Positions 60,231 to 64,000 of a DNA stretch of 64,000 bases are shown piece after piece; the first letter of the stretch is position 1, and every line of letters begins with the position of its first letter. A model generated the notes under the pieces. It was not told the DNA's origin and searched no databases. It worked only from the letters and a program-made list of their open reading frames with translations. This DNA comes from Phycisphaerales bacterium. Lineage in GTDB: Bacteria; Planctomycetota; Phycisphaerae; Phycisphaerales; UBA1924. Where the stretch lies: assembly GCA_044369085.1 (NCBI GenBank), contig JBIPMO010000001.1, positions 7,889 through 71,888 on the forward strand. Reading direction: 5' to 3'. The translations under genes and the position numbers were made by a program.

Positions 60231-61037
60231 TCAGCCTTTGGCCCGTTTCAACTCGCGCCACTTCGTGACCGCCTCCGGCTCGCGAGGGTAGAGCGGCACC
60301 AGCGCCATGGGATCGATCTCAGGCAGGCCCGCGCTCGCCTCCAGCACCGCCTCCGCGTCAAACCGCGGCGGCTCGATGTGCAGGCCCGCCGGCAACGCAC
60401 CGCGATCGCGCAGCAGGTCCGACAACGCTTGTTCGGCGATCAGCGCCGTCGCGCCGACCGGGATGAACTCCTCCAGTCGCGTGAGCCGCGCCGGTTCCGC
60501 CTCCCGGGCCGGATCACCCGGCTCGAAGATCGCACGCCACGCATCCTCTCGCTTCCACGCCAGCCCGATCACAGTGCGCCCGCCGCTCCGCGCCGCGGGC
60601 GAAGCCCGCCGGATGATCGCGCTGGCCGTCGGCACCGCGATGCAACATGCCCCGGTCGCCTCGCAGAGCATCTTCACGGTCGCCGTGGCCACGCGCAGCC
60701 CCGTGAAACCACCAGGACCGATGCTCACCGCGATGCACCGAAGGTCGCCCGGCAACACGCCCGCGCGCCGGCACAATCGCTCGACCGCGGGCATCAGGTC
60801 GTCATCCTCGCGCGTCGCAGGACGGACCGGCTCGACCCCCAACAGATCAACCCCTAGTCGTTCGACCCCCCCGTGCTCAATCCCCAGCAGGCCGACCCCG
60901 CCCACCGAACCGACGCCAACCCGCCCAAGCGCAACCCCCGCCCCGGCACCCGTTCCACCCGAGCCCCCTGGAACAATGGATGACTGGGCACCCGGATTGG
61001 AGGTCTCGATGGCCAGCGTCAGGCGGGAGCGGCTCAT
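60231..61037 (-). CDS. tsaB: tRNA threonylcarbamoyladenosine biosynthesis protein TsaB
   Basis: LAIETSN and SIGPGGFTGLRVATATVK motifs. ATG 61037; the ORF opens at 61172. Confidence 0.8.
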   Translation of the reverse strand: MSRSRLTLAIETSNPGAQSSIVPGGSGGTGAGAGVALGRVGVGSVGGVGLLGIEHGGVERLGVDLLGVEPVRPATREDDDLMPAVERLCRRAGVLPGDLRCIAVSIGPGGFTGLRVATATVKMLCEATGACCIAVPTASAIIRRASPAARSGGRTVIGLAWKREDAWRAIFEPGDPAREAEPARLTRLEEFIPVGATALIAEQALSDLLRDRGALPAGLHIEPPRFDAEAVLEASAGLPEIDPMALVPLYPREPEAVTKWRELKRAKG

Positions 61038-61204
61038 GCAAGCCGCAGTGTACGGCTGAAACTTCCCCCACCATGTGAAACTCTCTCGGGCCCCCTGCCA
61101 CGCTGCCGATGGACGAGATAGGATGCTTGCCGGTGTGAGGCCCGCTCTGCGGCGGCCCGGGAGTTCATTCAAGCGTGGTCAACCCGTCCCCGATCCATCG
61201 CGGC

Positions 61205-61543
61205 ATGAAATGGGTGAACCGGCTCAGGCTCCGGCTCATCGTGTTCGTGATCGGTATCCCGCTCGCCGCGTGGGGGGCCATCATGATCGGGCCCGCCTGG
61301 CTCGCGTTGCCGCTCGTCGGCGTCGCGGTCGCCTGCGTCACCATGAGCGTCAACCGCCTCACCCAGCGCCTGGCCAGCGAAACATGCTTCACCTGCGGCG
61401 CCGACCTCAAGGGCCTGCCGCCTCACGAGCACGGCATCGCCTGCCCGTCCTGCGGATCGCTGAACCAGCACAACCCCCAGACGCTCATCGCGGCCGCCGC
61501 CAGGCAGTCAGATGAAGCTGCCAGCGACCGCGACATCGCCTGA
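61205..61543 (+). CDS. small membrane protein with C-terminal CxxC...CxxC zinc-ribbon
   Basis: Two TM helices followed by CFTCGADL...CPSCGSLN. Confidence 0.5.
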   Translation: MKWVNRLRLRLIVFVIGIPLAAWGAIMIGPAWLALPLVGVAVACVTMSVNRLTQRLASETCFTCGADLKGLPPHEHGIACPSCGSLNQHNPQTLIAAAARQSDEAASDRDIA

Positions 61544-61553
61544 TCGACAGCCG

Positions 61554-62834
61554 CTACGCACCTGCCGCCCCCGACCGCATCGGCTGTAGCTTCCAATACG
61601 TCAGCGACCGCCACACCCACTCCGCCGGCCCGAATCGGAATCGCGACAGCCAAAGCGGGCTCCAGATGAGCTGCGCTGTCCATATCGCCGCGACGACCAC
61701 CAGCAGTTCGGCACGCGAGAGCGACCCCCACCAGCCGAAGCCCCAGCCACAGAACACCACCGTGCAGATGAGCGTGTGCGCCAGATAGTTGCTCAGCGCC
61801 ATCCGCCCGACCGCCGCCAGCGCGCTCACCAGCCATCCGACCACGCCCGCGTTCACCACCAGCATCACGACACCGATCCAGCCCATCGCCACCGCGACCG
61901 AACCGACATAGTTGAAGTGCCAGTTGACGAGGAACAGCTCCACGAAATCAAAGTCGCTGGCGACCAGCCGACGAGCACCCGCCCACACCAGCGGCAGACC
62001 CAGGCCGAACCCCACCAGAGCCAGCACCGCGTAGAAGCGCCGCGAGCGCAACCCGCTCAGAACCCCCCACTTCAGCAGAGCCATCCCCAGCAGCATCAGC
62101 CCGACCACGCGCCACAACCCCCAGATCACGAAAAGCAGCGTCTGCATCATGATCGCATGCGACGCGTTCAGCCCGACGTACCCCGGGTAGGACCCCAGCA
62201 TCGTCGCCCGTTCTTCGGCGAGCATCTCGGCAGTCGGCGCGAACCCGAGCATGGCCTTGGCGAACTCGTCGGGCATCGAATCACGCATCATTCCCAGCGC
62301 GCCGCCCATCGCCACGCTCGCGATCATCGCCACCGACATCATCGCCGCCCCCATCACCGCGAGCCACACCGCGGGCACCCGGCGCACCGGGTACAGCAGC
62401 GCCCCGCACAACGCGTACGTGAACAGGATGTCCCCGTACCAAAGCAGATACGCGTGCGCCAGCCCGATCACCGCGAGCCAGCCGATCCGCCTGTAGTACG
62501 TCCCCGCCGCCGACCGACCCCGAGCCGCAGCGCGCTCCATCATCAGCAGGAACCCAGCGCCAAACAGCATCGAGAAGATCGACATCATCTTCAGATCAAA
62601 GAAAAGATGGCCGCCGAGCCACGCCGCATAGTCCGCCCCTTCGAACCCGCCGCCCACGGGCGGGTTCATGAACGCGAAGTACGACAGCGCGAAAACCGGC
62701 ATGTTCATCACGAGGATGCCCAGCAGCGCAAAGCCACGCAGCGCATCGATCGCGCGGTTGCGAGCGCCGGGCGTCACCGGCGTAACCCCGGTCGCCCCAC
62801 CTTCGACCCCCTTCAACGCGATCGTGTCAGCCAT
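61554..62834 (-). CDS. DUF418-family polytopic membrane protein
   Basis: IDALRGFALLGILVMNMP at the N-terminus and about 10 TM segments. Confidence 0.8.
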   Translation of the reverse strand: MADTIALKGVEGGATGVTPVTPGARNRAIDALRGFALLGILVMNMPVFALSYFAFMNPPVGGGFEGADYAAWLGGHLFFDLKMMSIFSMLFGAGFLLMMERAAARGRSAAGTYYRRIGWLAVIGLAHAYLLWYGDILFTYALCGALLYPVRRVPAVWLAVMGAAMMSVAMIASVAMGGALGMMRDSMPDEFAKAMLGFAPTAEMLAEERATMLGSYPGYVGLNASHAIMMQTLLFVIWGLWRVVGLMLLGMALLKWGVLSGLRSRRFYAVLALVGFGLGLPLVWAGARRLVASDFDFVELFLVNWHFNYVGSVAVAMGWIGVVMLVVNAGVVGWLVSALAAVGRMALSNYLAHTLICTVVFCGWGFGWWGSLSRAELLVVVAAIWTAQLIWSPLWLSRFRFGPAEWVWRSLTYWKLQPMRSGAAGA

Positions 62835-63511
62835 GCCACCACCTCGGCCGTGTTCGAAAGATCCTGCAGCGCGTGGTCCGCCCCCGCGCTGCGGAGTTCA
62901 TCCACCTTGAACATCCCCGTCGCCACCGCGAGCGAACGGCAACCGTGCGCCCGCGCGCACGCCACATCATGGGGCGTGTCGCCCACGATCACCACATCCT
63001 TGGGATCCACGGGCCGCCCGTATCGCGCCGCGTAGCGCTTCATCCCCACCGGCGGCAGGTGCTCGCGAGCCGGGGGAGAGATCTCGCAGTCCGAGGCCCA
63101 CACATGGATCGCAAAGCGGTCGGGTTCGACCCCGCTGGCCCGCAGCTTGATCACCCCTGTCTCGGGGTAGTTGCCAGTCAGCAGACCCAGTGCGTGCGTC
63201 CCTGCCCGTTCCAGCGCGGCCAGCAGTTCCAGAACGCCCGGGCATGGCCTCGCCAGCCCCGGAGTCACCAGCAGCCGAGCCAGGTGATCGCGATACCCGG
63301 CGCGGAACGCCTCCACCGCCGCGGGGGTCACCTCGCGTCCGTGCGCGCGCAGCAGGTCGCCGATGATCAGCGGGTCAAGCCGCCCGGCGTACTCGACCTT
63401 CGTTTCGTCGAATCCCTCGCCGAAGAGAGCCCGGCCAGCCGCCCCCATCGCGGCGATGCCGGTTCGGCTGGTGGTGATCAGCGTTGCATCAACATCAAAC
63501 AGGATCAGCAT
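62813..63511 (-). CDS. HAD-IA family hydrolase (phosphoglycolate phosphatase-like)
   Basis: MLILFDVDATL, LLTGN and VGDTPHDVACA motifs. Confidence 0.85.
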   Translation of the reverse strand: MLILFDVDATLITTSRTGIAAMGAAGRALFGEGFDETKVEYAGRLDPLIIGDLLRAHGREVTPAAVEAFRAGYRDHLARLLVTPGLARPCPGVLELLAALERAGTHALGLLTGNYPETGVIKLRASGVEPDRFAIHVWASDCEISPPAREHLPPVGMKRYAARYGRPVDPKDVVIVGDTPHDVACARAHGCRSLAVATGMFKVDELRSAGADHALQDLSNTAEVVAWLTRSR

Positions 63512-63582
63512 GGGCCGAGTGTAGACCGAACCGCACCCTCGCCCGCGACCGGCTCGTCGAACACGCGGGCCTGATCGCTCAA

Positions 63583-63849
63583 TCAGCGCCGGATCTCGAA
63601 CACCCGCTCCCCCTGCGGAGGAACTTCGCGCACATCCGCCGCACGGATATTCCGAGCGAGCTGAGCCTGAATCTCGCGCAAAAAGCCCAAGACCTCGCCG
63701 GATTCCCCCTCAGCAACGAGGTAGACCGAACCATCCGGTTCGTTCCTTACCCATCCCGCCACCACAAAGTTGTGCGCAATGTCGCGACACGTGGCGCGGA
63801 ACCCCACCCCCTGAACACGGCCTTGATACCGCACTTCCCGACGGATCAT
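63583..63849 (-). CDS. acyP: acylphosphatase
   Basis: VRYQGRVQGVGFRATCRDIA...AGWVRNEPDGSV. ATG 63849; the ORF opens at 63951. Confidence 0.85.
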   Translation of the reverse strand: MIRREVRYQGRVQGVGFRATCRDIAHNFVVAGWVRNEPDGSVYLVAEGESGEVLGFLREIQAQLARNIRAADVREVPPQGERVFEIRR

Positions 63850-64000
63850 GCGATGCAAGCTAAGCGAAGCGCGTGCCACGATCTGTGGAAACCCTGTCGC
63901 AATCCCGCGAGAACGCCGCAAGGTCTGCGCGGCTGCGCGGCGGAAAGGCACGACGCAAGACTCTTTCGCCGGATAATTGCAAAATCTTTGTGACGAGAGT

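Overview
GC-rich chromosomal segment (third codon positions are almost all G/C). It probably comes from a Planctomycetota/Phycisphaerae-like bacterium; this is inferred from PEP-CTERM-tailed and dockerin-tailed secreted proteins, many prepilin-type pseudopilins and a Bat/MoxR operon. I call about 58 protein-coding genes, roughly 80 percent on the minus strand. I saw no rRNA, tRNA, CRISPR array, transposase or integrase. Gene content in order: the 3' part of an FkbH/ACP/methyltransferase cassette (1-3069), pgi, phhA, mreBCD, a PEP-CTERM protein, a membrane-anchored coiled-coil protein, lnt translationally coupled to a secreted HEAT-repeat protein, trxB, a 762-aa orphan exported protein, ald, an AlkD-like protein, an APC permease-USP fusion, lysC and a TlpA-like redoxin. 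Next come a MoxR-DUF58-VWA-TPR (Bat/aerotolerance-type) operon (24760-34016), a Tat-signal Fe/Mn SOD, ispE, an envelope-sugar block (GT2, HldE-like with swapped domain order, KdsC fusion), murC and a dockerin-tailed secreted protein. The window ends with a type II secretion-like cluster (44127-56456), a periplasmic-binding-protein-fold gene, a polytopic-membrane-domain::pilin fusion ORF, a two-domain thioredoxin-fold protein, tsaB, DUF418, HAD and acylphosphatase genes. Non-coding highlights: four long imperfect inverted-repeat elements, with arms built of degenerate 6-8 nt tandem units, each sitting 3-6 nt from a stop codon; two one-armed micro-repeat arrays; a 16-nt motif shared by two T2SS intergenic regions; and one textbook intrinsic terminator. 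The most unusual items are the membrane-domain::prepilin fusion (57779-58963), the divergent T2SS platform genes, the repeat family (one copy exactly fills the moxR-DUF58 gap) and an FkbM gene split by a single in-frame TAA. All product calls come from motif and architecture recognition by eye; no database search was run.
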